This document shows, in pieces, positions 49,795-62,190 of a DNA stretch of 64,000 bases. Within the stretch, counting starts at the first letter, position 1; each line of letters begins with the position of its first letter. Made by a program: the position numbers and the translations under genes. Under the pieces are notes generated by a model that made no database searches, was not told the origin of the DNA, and saw nothing but the letters and a program-made list of their open reading frames with translations. The DNA comes from Pseudovirgaria hyperparasitica (Eukaryota). Where the stretch lies: NCBI GenBank assembly GCA_010093815.1, contig ML996577.1. One strand, 5' to 3'.

Positions 49795-50027
49795 GATTTG
49801 AGATTTGAGAGAGATGGTGCTGGGATGGGTTGTGTGATTTGGGGTAGATTCGAGAGATCATAGCACGTCCGTCATAGGTTAGAGTCCAGGATACGTGCGT
49901 GCATGCGTGGCCGTCTACTTGGGACATTCACAATCAGGATGCCGGGTAAGTAGTACATGGCCAGCAGTAGCTTCTATCGCCCACAGAGCATGCATGCTAC
50001 ATACCCCATCAGTCCACGTCAAGGAGG

Positions 50028-51265
50028 CTATCTTTTCCGCTCTCCGTCCTTGGACTTGCTCTTGTCGCCCTTTTCATCCTTCTTCTCGCCCTCCTTCGCC
50101 TCCCCATTCACCGTCCCGTTCGCCTTCTTCTCCTTCTCCTCCTTTGCCTTCTCGTCCTCCTTCTTCCCGCTCGCCTCCTTGTCCTCGGCCGTTTGCTTGT
50201 TCTGGATCTTGTTCTCGATCAGGTCGTGGAACGCGGTGATGGCCCGGATCAGACTGCTCAGGTAGATCGTCATCAGCTGGTCGTTCGTCTTCACACTCAT
50301 CGCTCTGGCCAGCTCGCTGTTGTCTGCGGGGCCAGGCGGTGGTATACCGTTTGTTTGGGCTGTGGACTTGGGTGTGGAGAGGTTGGGGAGCAGGTTGAAC
50401 ACGTCTTGCAGGTTGCCGAGAATGGCGTGGTTGACGGGGAGATCGCCGTCCAGGACCTTCTGTAGGTATTGCCCAATGTCGCGCAGCCGCAGGTGTAGAC
50501 CTTGCAGAGACTGGAGCTGAGAGGTTATGCGCGTGGAGAGCGTTCCGACGGCGACGTCGCGGATATCACGTAGGAGATGCTCAACGCCAATCTCTTCTGC
50601 TTCCTCGGCTTCTATTATCGATGGCGTGTGGACGAATGTTTTTGTGGTCGTGGTTCCGTCCTAGGCGTGAGGTTAGCACACGGTATAACGCATGACGGCT
50701 TGCAGCAGTAGTACTGCTTGCCCATGATCCATCTTACATCTTTGATCTCCTCCACTGCAAAGTATGCATCTGTCGGCACACCAACCTCCTTTGGCTGCAC
50801 GTCTATGATCACTAATAGCGGGTTCGGTGTATATCTCTTGAAGAGCTCGTTGATCTCGAGATCAGACGCCCTTAGCTTAGGCCCCGAGTGATACCACCCG
50901 ATGAGCTTCTCCCGTGCGTTGACCTTCTTGAACATGTCGTTCATCGACTCAACATAATTGTGATCCAGAAACCAGACCGACGGGTCCCTCTCATCTTCTT
51001 CAAACGGCACTGTAACATTTCGTTAGCGTTTTTTGCCGCCAATCTGACCTTCCAACCATCTGCGGCGCCACATACCAGCAAAGCTGTTTGACACCCTCAC
51101 ATTCTTGCCGTCATTCTGACCGAGAAGAACACCGACTACACGCTTCTTTGTCTTTGCGTCCTTGGCCAAACGCCCGTAGTGGTCTGCGGCGGAGAGTAGG
51201 ACGAGAGGTGCGACGGAGACGTTACGGGTGACGAGAGACAGCGTTTCAGCTGTCGTTGCAGGCAT
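50028..51265 (-). CDS. RPN8: 26S proteasome lid subunit Rpn8 (MPN domain); 3 exons
   Basis: [102 protein letters not shown]. Confidence 0.97.
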
Positions 51266-51751
51266 GGCCGCGGTATATGAGGGATTGTGGGGTGTTAGAG
51301 GATGGGCGTGAGAGGTGGGCTTGCGACGGTCGTTGATGGGGGCAGAGAGATATCGGTGATGTTGCTCAAAGGCTCGTGAGCTGTAGCTCCGATTTCGAGA
51401 GGAAGGTATGCACGGACCATACTCAACCTTATAAGGCTCTCCAAGCAAATGGTAATTAAGTTGAATTGAGCTCAGGTAGGGTAGGCCAGCAAAACCATTT
51501 ATGACAATTATTTGAACTTTAATCATGAGAGCCAAGTGGGCTACTAGATCCGAATCATAGGATAATCATTGTTGGTCCACAGTGCCCTAATACTATGTAC
51601 GATACATTCCAATATTTGCTCCACGCTATGCATATACCCAACCAGATCATATCAACTACAATTTTCCACCAAGCGCGCCCAGGATCTGGCCCAGGCCGTA
51701 TTGTGACAAACTGATTTTACAAAGAGACTATTCCCACAACATGGAAATACA

Positions 51752-53057
51752 TTACATCGTCGCGGTCGGGAAGTAATATTGCTCCCACAGAAACTCGTAG
51801 TCTTCGATGACGCCCCCTACAAGGTCCAGCAAAGGCTTGCCACGGAGTCTACCAGTCACAGAGTGTATCCAGGATCTGTCACATGTCAGTTCGTCCCAAT
51901 TATCCAGGGGTCATGAGTACGCACTTGGTGATGTTCTCGTAGAACGCTCCTCGCATAACCCACCAGCCGAGGGCCCAGCCTCTCTTGCGAAGTTCATCCC
52001 TCTCCAGGTTGGTCAGGCCTCTCAAGCCGCCTGCGAGTCGCTCCTGGAAGTCCTTCTTCGCCAACTGGCGCGCCCCATATTCAATGCTCAGCCCGAGCAG
52101 CCATGGCTGCCACGCCTTCTTGTTGTCACTCCATTTCTGCATGGCGATGGCGTAAATCACAGGTCGAAGAATATAGAGCACTTCAGCCAGTTCGCCTTTA
52201 CCAGAGACACGATGGAGAAGTGCTTTTGGAGGCTTGATATCGTCCGCCGTAAGGACTTTCGATAGGAGATAGTTTGAAATGTCGGTGGAGTCTGGCAAAG
52301 AGGGCATCGACAGGCCTGTTCGCGGCATGGTCCACGACGCATCGTCGGAGCGCTCACTTGATGGTTCGCTCGGCGGCGTGCCAATCAAATCCTCCGCCGG
52401 CGTTGCTTCTTCCAGGCTGCTTGGATCCACTTCTCGTTCTGGGAGGGGCGGGGACAGTAAAGGTCGGGAATTGGTCAGTCTCAAGAGGAGAAGTCTGCAC
52501 ACAGCTTTGACGAATTCCAAGAGGATCACAATGCGCCACCGCACTTTCTCCCCTTTCCTTTTCGCGACCATTTCCCATAGCAATTCGGTGTGTTGGATCA
52601 TCTGCAATATGAGCGCGAGGCGCTGATACGTTGGGGACTTCTGTGTCCAAAATCTAGTGTAGCGATTGTGCGGCGAGGGGTGCGGCCGTCGCGCGAGAGG
52701 GAGGCGACATGCTGCTTTGTATAGGAGAGAGTCGTGATATAGGGACAGGATTTGTACACTGCTGTGAACTGAAATTTGTGAGTTACTGTAGAGGTAGAAA
52801 TGGGTATTCTGTCATACGAGTCTCAGAGGCAATCTCAGCCTCTCGGAAGCGTCCTAGAGAGTAGATATCAGTAATGCGCATGGTAGTAGTTCACGGCTCT
52901 ATTACGCACCAGGTATAATGTACGTCAATGAGCGGAGTCCCGATTCAATCTGCGAGACTGCACTAGCATTCTTCGTTATGAAGTCGCCATACATCCCCAG
53001 CCACTTCGGTGGAAGTGATATGCTCTCGTGAAGCTTCACCGACGCTTGCTTGTACAT
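51752..53057 (-). CDS. PEX16: Peroxin Pex16; multi-exon
   Basis: FITKNASAVSQIESGLRSLTYIIPGRFREAEIASE, ELLWEMVAKRKGEKVRWR, AEVLYILRPVIYA, WWVMRGAFYENITK, C-terminal EQYYFPTATM*. Confidence 0.93.
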
Positions 53058-53528
53058 GGCGGCCCGGCAGAACGCTCCCACAGAAAACAAAGTAGATGGA
53101 TGTGAGGGACGAGAAATGCGCCAGAGCAGAATATCTTGTGTGAATGCGCTCCACGTCAAGTCGCGTCGTCACCTCTCAGGCCGAGGTTGGTGATCGAAAG
53201 GGAATAGTGAGGTGCCCGTGATGCGGCTCGGCGCTGGCGCCCCTTGTAAATCCACCACCGTGCTCACACCTCATATGTGTCCCGGCCACGACAAATACAC
53301 CACGCCGCAGTGTCTCACGCGCGAGGCTGCTTCTATGAAGACTGATTTTCTGCGCATTAAAAGAGACATATTCCAGTCGATCTAGCGACCTGAACCCCAT
53401 TGAACTGAGTCCGGGAGAAACGACCCCCGCGCGTGAGTCGATTACGCGCCCATCAGGCATCTCGGACTTTCGCGTCTACATCTTCTAACGGCCACACCAG
53501 CCTTATATCCAGCATTGCGCCAGGATCA

Positions 53529-55102
53529 ATGGAGTTCTCCCTCGACAACAACTTCCTCAATCTTGTCGGCGCGCAGTCCAGCCCATCACTTGGCCTTGCT
53601 CACCATGGCGGTTCTGAGGCTCAGCGACCTTCTCAGTCCTGCGTCAATGATGAGGGCATGAGCAATCAACGTGCGCAATGGGAAGCCAACTATGCAAATA
53701 TTGATATGCCCCCACCACCTCCCGCGGTGTTCAACACTCGAGAAGAGATGATTGCCGAAGCCAAGGAATTCGCAGAGTCCCATGGATACACGCTTGTCAT
53801 CGGCCACTCTTCAAAGCATCAGGGTGAACCCTCGCGCTGCTGGCTTACGTGCGACCTCGGAGGCGTGTATCGCAACAGACATCATCTGACTCCCGAGATG
53901 CGCAAGCGGAAACGAGAATCCCGTAAGCTGGACTGTCCCATGCGCGTACTTGGAACCAAGCGAAAGTACGAAAATGGCTGGATATTACACCTTCCTGACC
54001 CTGTGAGAGCATTACACAACCATGGATCAACCACTCAAAGCGAACCTCCTCCTCCGCCGGCAGAGTTCCCAGAACTAGAGCAAGCTCTCTACCAGTGGCA
54101 GCAGCAGTGTTTTGCCGATGGTATACCTGTTCACGGCAACACTCTCAAAGCGAAAGCCATCGAGTTGTACAAAAGCATGCCGGTGTATCGTGACAGAGGC
54201 CCAATCCCAGAATTAGGTGTGAATTGGCTGAATGACTATCGGAAGCGTCAGAACCTTCCAACCCGAACACAACAAAAAGGGTCGAGCACTAACACTCCAA
54301 ACCGACCACCGTCGATAAGCAACGTGCAACTCAGCATGGAGGATACACTGCCTCTCCCTCGGAACACTCTTGAGCTTTTCAAATCTGTGAAAGGATACGT
54401 CAAGACCTACATGGCAAAGTTTGATGCTTCTCATGACTTCAACCATATTTTGCGTGTGCTCGCTCTTGCCAACCGGATCTACACTACTGAAATCACAAAT
54501 TATCCCCAGGCTCAGTACGACCCAAGCGCTGTCTTTCTTGCCGCGTACGTCAATGATACGATGACCGTGATTGCCATTGCTGATTGAAATAGACTGCTTC
54601 ATGACATTGGCGACCAGAAATATGAGTCGGGTGCTTATACAGAAAATCAGATTGCTGAGATTCTGCTCGAGCGCGGTGCGTCTGACGTTCTTGCGTTGAA
54701 AGTCCAGATGATAGCAAAGAACACATCGTACTCGATCGAAACCAAGAATCCCTTGCTAACGAGAGCTATCCTTGCGCAAAATCCGGAGCTTGCGATAGTT
54801 CAGGATGCCGATCGCTTAGATGCTATAGGAGCCATTGGCATTGGCCGCGCGTTTACGTTTGGAGGTGCGAAGCGACCTCATGAGGGCATGGATGGAACGA
54901 TTAAGCACTTCGGCGATAAGCTTGAGAAGCTTGAAAGTATGATGAAGGTATGTGTGCCATCTCAGCGTGCCTGGTTCAATCGAGTAACACAGTGAAGACC
55001 GAAACCGGAAAGCAGATCGCTCGTGAGCGCACGAACCGACTCGAGGTGTTCAAGTCCTGGTGGCAGGAGGAGACCGAAGGACTGGCGAGATGGAAAGAAT
55101 AG
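53529..55102 (+). CDS. Chimeric protein: FAR1/MULE-type (WRKY-GCM1-like) DNA-binding domain + CENP-B/Tc5-type HTH + HD-domain phosphohydrolase; 3 exons
   Basis: One ORF carries CDLGGVYRNR..RKRKRESRKLDCP..W..HNH, then FPELEQALYQW..GIPVHG.TLKAKA..WL..YRKR, then DASHDFNHILRV. Intron 54545-54592 restores AALLHDIGDQKY. VQDADRLDAIGAIGIGRAFTFGG and HF.DKL follow; intron 54948-54997 gives KTETGKQIARERT..FKSWWQEE. Confidence 0.82.
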
Positions 55103-55394
55103 TAACCATTTACGATTTTGTCACTTCTTATCATGTTTTCCGTCACAGCGTTATAGATCGTTAATACCCTTAGGCAATGAACATGCTTGGCGTTACGCTT
55201 CGTTAAACACGCTTCCGATGGAAGTGCTGATTCACTTGTCAAAACAAACACCGACGCGCCGCTGCTGTTCGGCGCCACCTCAGGTTCCACCTTCAACAGC
55301 TCAACAGTACAGATGCCCTGACCAGTATACACATCTTCACGCACTATATAAGCTGTTCAAGCCCAAGGACTTTCGGGAATGGGGTGGAAACTCT

Positions 55395-55490
55395 GCATCG
55401 TTGGTTTAGTGGTTATGGCTTATAACTTTAAAGGCAGACCAGAACTACACTGAGGCAGGGCAGACGTTCGATTCCCACTTAGGACAGTTG
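55395..55490 (+). pseudogene. Degenerate tRNA-like element (tRNA-Gly-like 5' end, A box and B box)
   Basis: GCATCGTTGGTTTAGTGGTTATGGC at 55395 and GTTCGATTCC at 55466; the stems do not close. TATA-like tatataa about 50 bp upstream. Confidence 0.45.
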
Positions 55491-56692
55491 TTTCGTGTAT
55501 ATTGTTTACAGACTCAACCTGTCTTAACCAAATCTTGCGGATTTTTCCCAGGTGTGGCCTTCGGGCACAGCGGATTATGAAGCGGACCGGTCACCTGGTG
55601 GGCGGATTATCAGATGCTCGCATCTACTCTCTTTTTGTTTCCTGGCTTTACTCTCTCTTAAACTTTTTGGTCCCATGATCTGGATGGTGGATGTTCTCAC
55701 GTTTGTGGTTTTGCGGTCGTCGTACGACGGTGGATCATCAGCCCAATCACTCACACAGACAGTTCAGAACACCATCTTCGACTGACAGCTGCAACATCCA
55801 CAGACGGCAACTGGCGTGTGGGAAAGGAAACAAAGCATAGGACCCTCTAATGACACCCCGCTTTACGCCACTACAAGGACTAGGAGTGAGATAAAGGACA
55901 TGTCTTGGCGGAGAGGACTTGGACAAAGAGGCTGGAGCAACAATCTGTGGAGACGTGCAACACGCTCGAATGTACCCTACCAATCCCCAACAAGATGCAT
56001 CTCCGCATAACGATCGTACTCAGTGTATCCACTCTCTGGTATCTGTAAATATGGGGCCTGGCCGGTGTGAGGGTCATGGTTAGTACCGAACTGCGAGTGC
56101 ACGAGACCCATTGCCCCCATGCGCCTGACGTATTGGACAATGGGTTTCTTTGTCTGAGTTCGTCGAAACCTGTTCTACTATGTGAATCACGATACAGATA
56201 GTCAATTAGACTGATGCCATCATCGATAATCAAAGCTACCTCTACCTCTGCAGCAGCATAAATACTTCAACTCACCCTCTAACTACATACTCTCTACCAG
56301 TATCAAACCTCAGTCACCTCTGCTAAATTCATACAAGTAAGTTGCATTCTGAAGTGTCTCTGCCTCGCTGTTTCTCCTATGTATTCTTCTGGTCCTAGTC
56401 GCAGGGCAGCTTCCTTTCTTCAGATCGGATTAGGAAACTGCTTCGCGAAAAAAGACCTATATCTCCTCACCTTTCACTTTCACTTTCACTTCCAACTTCA
56501 ATCCTCATACTAACATATCATCATCCTCATTATTAACATTTTCTCAGTCCTCAAGCAGCCTCTTCTTGCCTAAGCAGTCGATTTCCTAATCTCAAGACGA
56601 ACACTTCACGTACAATCACATCAACCGTGGGTAAGCTGCCTACGTACATGCATCCGTTGTACTGATCACTCATGCAGATAGCTCCTAACGAA

Positions 56693-58277
56693 ATGTCTGA
56701 CCACCGCATTTGCTTCATCATCCCTCCTCAGATCTCGAGAGCTGTAGTCGATGCCGACGACATCGACGATGAAGTAAAGCAGATGCACCGTCAAACACTT
56801 GACCACACCAACAGCCTCCGCGGTGCAAGGTTTCAGCGATGCGAAGCGGCTCGTACCGCTTCAGGTGAGCAAGGCCATAGCCACCCTATCATCCCACCCC
56901 ATATTCATAGCGCCATAGCAGAGGCTGGGAACGCAGAGGAGCAGGAAGCTGCACTAAGCACCCTTCAATATGACACTGAAGGACGTGCAGCTCGTCCTCG
57001 CGGCCTGAATAGGACCATCTACGACTTTCAGCACGATGATAACTCTCAGGATCTTCCCGGAGATGTTGTTCTCCGCACGGAGGGCTCGGAGCCGGTCGAA
57101 TCATCAAAAGATAGTACGAACGATCCAAACGAATGCTACGACGGCTTTGGAGAGACCTACAAGCTATTCAACGATGTCTTCAAACGGAATTCAATTGATG
57201 GCAAGGGTGCAAAGCTGATTGGCTCTGTTCATTTCGGTAAGTAATGCCCTCGAAGAACATGTCACTCACCGCGGGTACTGACTCAAAGCTTCACAGGGAC
57301 AAAATATCAGGCAAGTCCAGCAGTTTCATGAGTTTCCTGCCACTGTTGACTGATGATAATTCAGAACGCGTTCTGGGACGGAAAGCAGATGGTCTTTGGT
57401 ATGATCCTCACCGCAAGCTCTCGTCTCGCTTGTCCTGTCTGCTGACCCACACGCAGGTGATGGTGATGGTACTATCTTTAGAGATGTGAGTTGGGTTCCT
57501 TCTCCAGCTATACAGCCATACTGACATTAATCCAGTTCACAAGCCGAGACGATGTGTATGCATTCAGGTCTTACCTTACTATAGTTCAATAACTGACGGT
57601 CGCAGCATTGGTCACGAACTGACGCACGCTGTCACTCAATTCACTGCCAACCTCATATATGAAAATCAGCCTGGTGCCCTCAACGAGTCCATATCTGACG
57701 GTATGATTCGAGACTCCTAAGATAACTTCGTTCTGACAAGAAACAGTCTTTGGCATCATGGTCAAACAATACAAGCTAGGCAAGCCAGCCGCTGAAGCCA
57801 ACTGGATCCTTGCCGAGGGCATCTGGGGCCCTGGGATCAACGGTAGAGGTCTTCGCGACATGCAGAACCCAGGAACGGCATACAATGATCCGAAAATTGG
57901 AAAGGATCCTCAGCCTGCTCACATGAGTAAGCATAACCAATAACAACAACCAGGTATGATAAATGCTGACGTCCGCTCTAGAGGACTACAAGAAGCTCCC
58001 AAACACTGCAGATGGTGACTATGGCGGTGTCCATATCAATTCCGGCATACCGAATAAGGCCTTCTATCTTGCGGCAACCAAAATCGGGGGCAACTCTTGG
58101 GATGGTGCCGGTCCCATCTGGTATGAAACACTCACTGGCGGGAAGTTGAAGTCCAACGCCACTTTCCAACAGTTCGCCGACTTGACGGTACTCAATGCTG
58201 GGCCCCACGCTTCGCAGGTCGTTGCTGCTTGGAAGGAAGTCGGCATCAGCGCGAAGTCTGGTAGGTCGGAGCTTTAA
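56693..58277 (+). CDS. Thermolysin-family (M4) metalloprotease, protealysin-like; 8 coding exons including one GC-AG intron
   Basis: Propeptide ICFIIPPQI. The spliced core reads [41 protein letters not shown], then [27 protein letters not shown]...[27 protein letters not shown]. Confidence 0.92.
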
Positions 58278-58666
58278 GCGTTCTTCTTTCTTTGCTCCAA
58301 TGATACTGAAGTCTCCTTCCTGTTAGCAAAGAAGTCGAAGTTGAAGGCAGCATTACAGCAACCCAGGGGTAGCTCATACGTATATCCCGTGGGCCATGTA
58401 GCAGCGGGTGGTGGTGTCGTGACGGGCGGATGCGGAGGATGCTAATACACGGACTGGTATCGGAGACAGTTGGCAGTTGAGTAGTCATAGGTAAAGCCAA
58501 CGAGATCTCCTTTCATGATGTGCAAGATGGGTAAAGTGATGTCTGAACATGACTTCTATCAGTTAGTTATGTCAAGAGGGTAAGAAACCCCTGATGGCAT
58601 ATTTGGTATATCTACTATATCTACTATACTATACTATGTATGCAGCAGGTCTATGTTATGTATGGT

Positions 58667-59786
58667 CTAGAAAAGGTCTGGGTATCTTCCAAGAGCACCG
58701 TTCGCACCGCCATCAAAGTCATCATGTAGCTCGTCCAGCTTACCGAACATCTCCGCATATTTCAGACCTCGCAGTCGTTCAGCTTCCACCTTCTCCCATG
58801 TGAAGTCCGAAATGCCTTCCGCCAGCACAAAGGACTCGTCGAGATCATCCCTTGTCGTCGCATCATTCGACGCCGTGTCCACACTCGCCTGTGCCTCCTT
58901 TGCGAGCTCCCCAACGTCCGCCGGCTTCGGCGGTAACAACTTCGAATGCTCGAGCACAGTCTCCGCCGGAATCGTCAATCTCCCCTTCTTCACCACATAT
59001 TTACTAATACTCGTGGCATACAACGCGCCCCTAATTCTCTCCTTCCGCTCCTCCAAACTCTCCTCTTCCTCCCTCTTCCCCGCCAACTTCGCCTTCTTCC
59101 CGGGCTGCAAGGTATAGTGCTTCGGCCTGACGACGCCCGCCTTGACGATATGCGACACCAGATAGATCCACTTGCGGTCCCACGACAGCAGCCTCGTCCA
59201 GATCTCATACTTGACAAACGGCTTAATCTCCCGCTTGAAATGGCAGCTCACCCCGCCGAGCGCCATGCTGGCGCGGGGCCCCGAAGTGCCGTCGTCAAAG
59301 GCCGGGTCGCGCGACGCGTAGATGCCCGTGCGCAGCAGCGCGACCATGTAGTGTGTGCGCGAGATGTCGAGGTCGGAGAAGTAGGTGCTGTTGGACTTGT
59401 GCAGGTTGAAGTCGGTTTCCCAGAGCGAGGTGCGCGTTGATGTGATTGCGGGCTCGAACAGGGAGCCTGGTGGGATGGGCGCGTTTTGGAAGACGAGTTG
59501 GTGGATTAGGGCGCGGTAGAAGCGGAGCTGTGTTTTGGGAGAGGGTTGTTAGTCATTGGAACTGTAGAGATTGGCTTCGTTGAGGGGGTTTTTTTTGGCT
59601 TGGAGAGATTCGTTATTGAGAGAGGGGGAGAAGACGTACGTGCCAGACGAAGGGCAGGTTTTTCCAGCTTAGGATTGCGAGCACGACGCCGATTGCTCGC
59701 CATGCACGCAGTGGCTGGACGCCTGCGCCTTTGAGAATGTATGTGCTTGTCGCGGACAGAGCGTTGAGGACGGCGCCGCTGGCCAT
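58667..59786 (-). CDS. Hotdog-fold thioesterase-like protein (THEM6/YBR096W-like); 2 exons
   Basis: KNLPFVWH, intron, then LRF..ETDFNLHKSNSTYFSDLDISR, ALGGVSCHFKREIKP, TRLLSWDRKWIYLVSH, SKYVVKKGRLTIP. Confidence 0.85.
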
Positions 59787-61746
59787 GGTGGAGAAGAGGG
59801 AGTAGAGAGTCGTACGGGATGGAGGCGGACGCAATTGAAGGGGAAAAGGGCAAAAAAGAACGTGAGTCTGCGCGACGAGGCTTTAAGATATCAGATCGAC
59901 TCTGGAGTTTACTGCAGGCTATGTTTCAACTTTTGTAAGTCTGAGCTTCAGTTGCGCATCACATGCCGAGGTTCGATCGCGGTTTGGGACTAGCGTCGGA
60001 GAGCCGGGTTAGGAAATGTAAGAAGTTCTGCGATTGCGCGCGGACTCAGGAGGTGCCAAAATGGGTAGATTACCTTTCTTTTTAAGGGAGTCGACAGCAG
60101 CACACCGGACATGATATTCTCCGAAGCCGGACAAAGATTTCAGCTTATGTATATGTATATAAATAGAGGCTCTCTTCATTCACCTTTCGATTACATCGCT
60201 AGTCTGTCGCATATTGGAGTTCGATAACTTGCCCTCGCGCTGTAATCGTGTGCCAGCTAGTCTGGATCTGGAATACCTTGCGATTCGACATCTGACAGCC
60301 TCCGATGACATATCCGCGTCAGACTCGGAGCGATGCGCTATTCTCCGATGCCGTGTCACAAGGGGTGTTTGTCGCGATAGGAATACTCGGACTCCATCTT
60401 GAATCCTTCCTGGTGGTCTGGCCGTTGTTCGAGACGCATTCTGCGGAAATGTGCCTAAGTTTTTACCGTAAAGTCTTGCTGTCTTGATGGCCTAAACACA
60501 ACAATGCCACCCCCCTCCCTTGCCCTATCGCCGAGAATTACAGCATCAAAATCTTTAGGACAAGGATAATGTAACTCTTCCTCCGCCGGTGGGTTCTCCC
60601 TTCGGCGGGCTTGTATTATGGTAAGCACTCATGTCGTTCTACCCCCACGGCCGGAGATCATTCCGGATGCGATAGGATCAACCGTGCGCAGATTACATCA
60701 ATTGTGCAATGCGCCAGCATCTATCGGAGCGCCCAGTATATGTAATCCATGCTGCTCTGTCACTTCATCCCCCTTGTGTTATTGAGAACAATATTGACAA
60801 GTTAGCATGAAGTTGGACGGCGCTGCTGAGGACGAGTCCTCCGATATATGTACGGCATCTTACACTTCGACTTGGTGGCGTTTGCGGCCAGGCTCGAGAA
60901 TCCGTTGCATTCTTGCAAGATAAGTGTCCCGAGGACATAGATGTCGGCCTACAAACGCCTGCTCGGCAGCATGGCTACTTTATATTCCACACTGATGCAC
61001 GCTGTTTGAAATTTACGGCTTGTCGTCGAATTTCTCGCGTATATTAGTGCTGATTTGATAAGACATCCATTACAGATCCCGATTCCTGCTCACTTGAGCC
61101 ACTAAATGTACCTGGGTAGAGCCTAAACATACTGAAAGTTTGGTTCAGAGACGAGCACATATAATACGTCCCTTTGGTATAAGATCTTTTCGGGTAATAC
61201 AGGCTACAGCGCGAACCAAGGCAGATTATGAAGTCTGTTCCGGCTGACTAATAGGATCTCAACTAGAACTACTTATTCAGTCTTAGATTGTCCGAGTTTC
61301 CCATCGCAAGGCTCGCAGGACTTTAGGCAGAAGCGCTCCTGCGCCTCCTGCAGGCCTCCTCATACAGCCACATATACTTGATTTCGTTCGACAACGACAT
61401 CCTAGCGGAAGACATAAGCTCAAGAATGTCAAGAAACAAAACCTGTTTTTTTTTTGGCTGTAAAGTGGCGAATGTGTAAGCTCAACTAGAGCGAGTGGTT
61501 GTAGCTCATAAAGCAGTAGTTGAAGCATTGTTTGCGACTCAGGCTCTCTGAACATAGTATCTCAGTGAGTCAACGGTGTGCTCGAGCGCTAGTCTGCCTG
61601 CTGAAGCCTTTGACTTGATATTTATACACTCACTCCTCTTCGAGCTCCAAGAAATATCATAGGTATGCTCCACTGCCTAGATTACGTTCATAGTTTTACC
61701 TTTTAACTGAATAACAGATCCGGCAGTTATACCAAAAGATAAAATC

Positions 61747-62166
61747 ATGAGCTATTCACTTCACATCGTTACCTCTAGACGACCCCAAATTTTCGACGAC
61801 CAAAAGAAAGACAGACCATACCATTGGGCTTTCTTCCTCCAAACGGGGACTGAGCGTGGTGATGGTTCTGTTTTACAGCTTCATGGAATGCCAGGGGCAT
61901 TCTACTATGAGGGAGAGGAGAAAGTTGTCCCTCACGCACCCGGAAGTATCAAGGCCGAGGTCGAGATTGGTGCTGTTCCTGTAGCGCGCTATGAGCGTTT
62001 CAAGGAACTCTTAAAGGCTGTTCCTATCTCGAAGGATGAATCATCGGGGTGGAATTGCCAAGACTGGAGTCTGCAAGCTTTAGCATCGCTTCGGGAAGAA
62101 GGATTTGTGGACGACACATATAGTGATGCTGCACTAAGGTATTGGCTTCGGGAAGAGGACGTTTAG
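61747..62166 (+). CDS. Hypothetical 139-aa protein with His...Cys motifs (DUF6540-like, possible permuted papain-like peptidase)
   Basis: YHWAFFL, LQLHGMPGAFYY and WNCQDWSLQALASL. aaaatcATG context with an apparent 5' UTR intron at ~61663-61717. Confidence 0.75.
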   Translation: MSYSLHIVTSRRPQIFDDQKKDRPYHWAFFLQTGTERGDGSVLQLHGMPGAFYYEGEEKVVPHAPGSIKAEVEIGAVPVARYERFKELLKAVPISKDESSGWNCQDWSLQALASLREEGFVDDTYSDAALRYWLREEDV

Positions 62167-62190
62167 GCGTGTAGTTGCATTTCCATTAAG

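Noticed and set aside
55500..56300. Possible emfourin inhibitor gene next to the M4 protease
   Set aside because: No SGG(F/I)AG-like motif or credible ORF was seen on either side of the protease.
59900..61600. Possible hidden gene in the 1.7-kb interval
   Set aside because: Only short ORFs without motifs or a consistent splice model; a degraded gene cannot be excluded without blastx.
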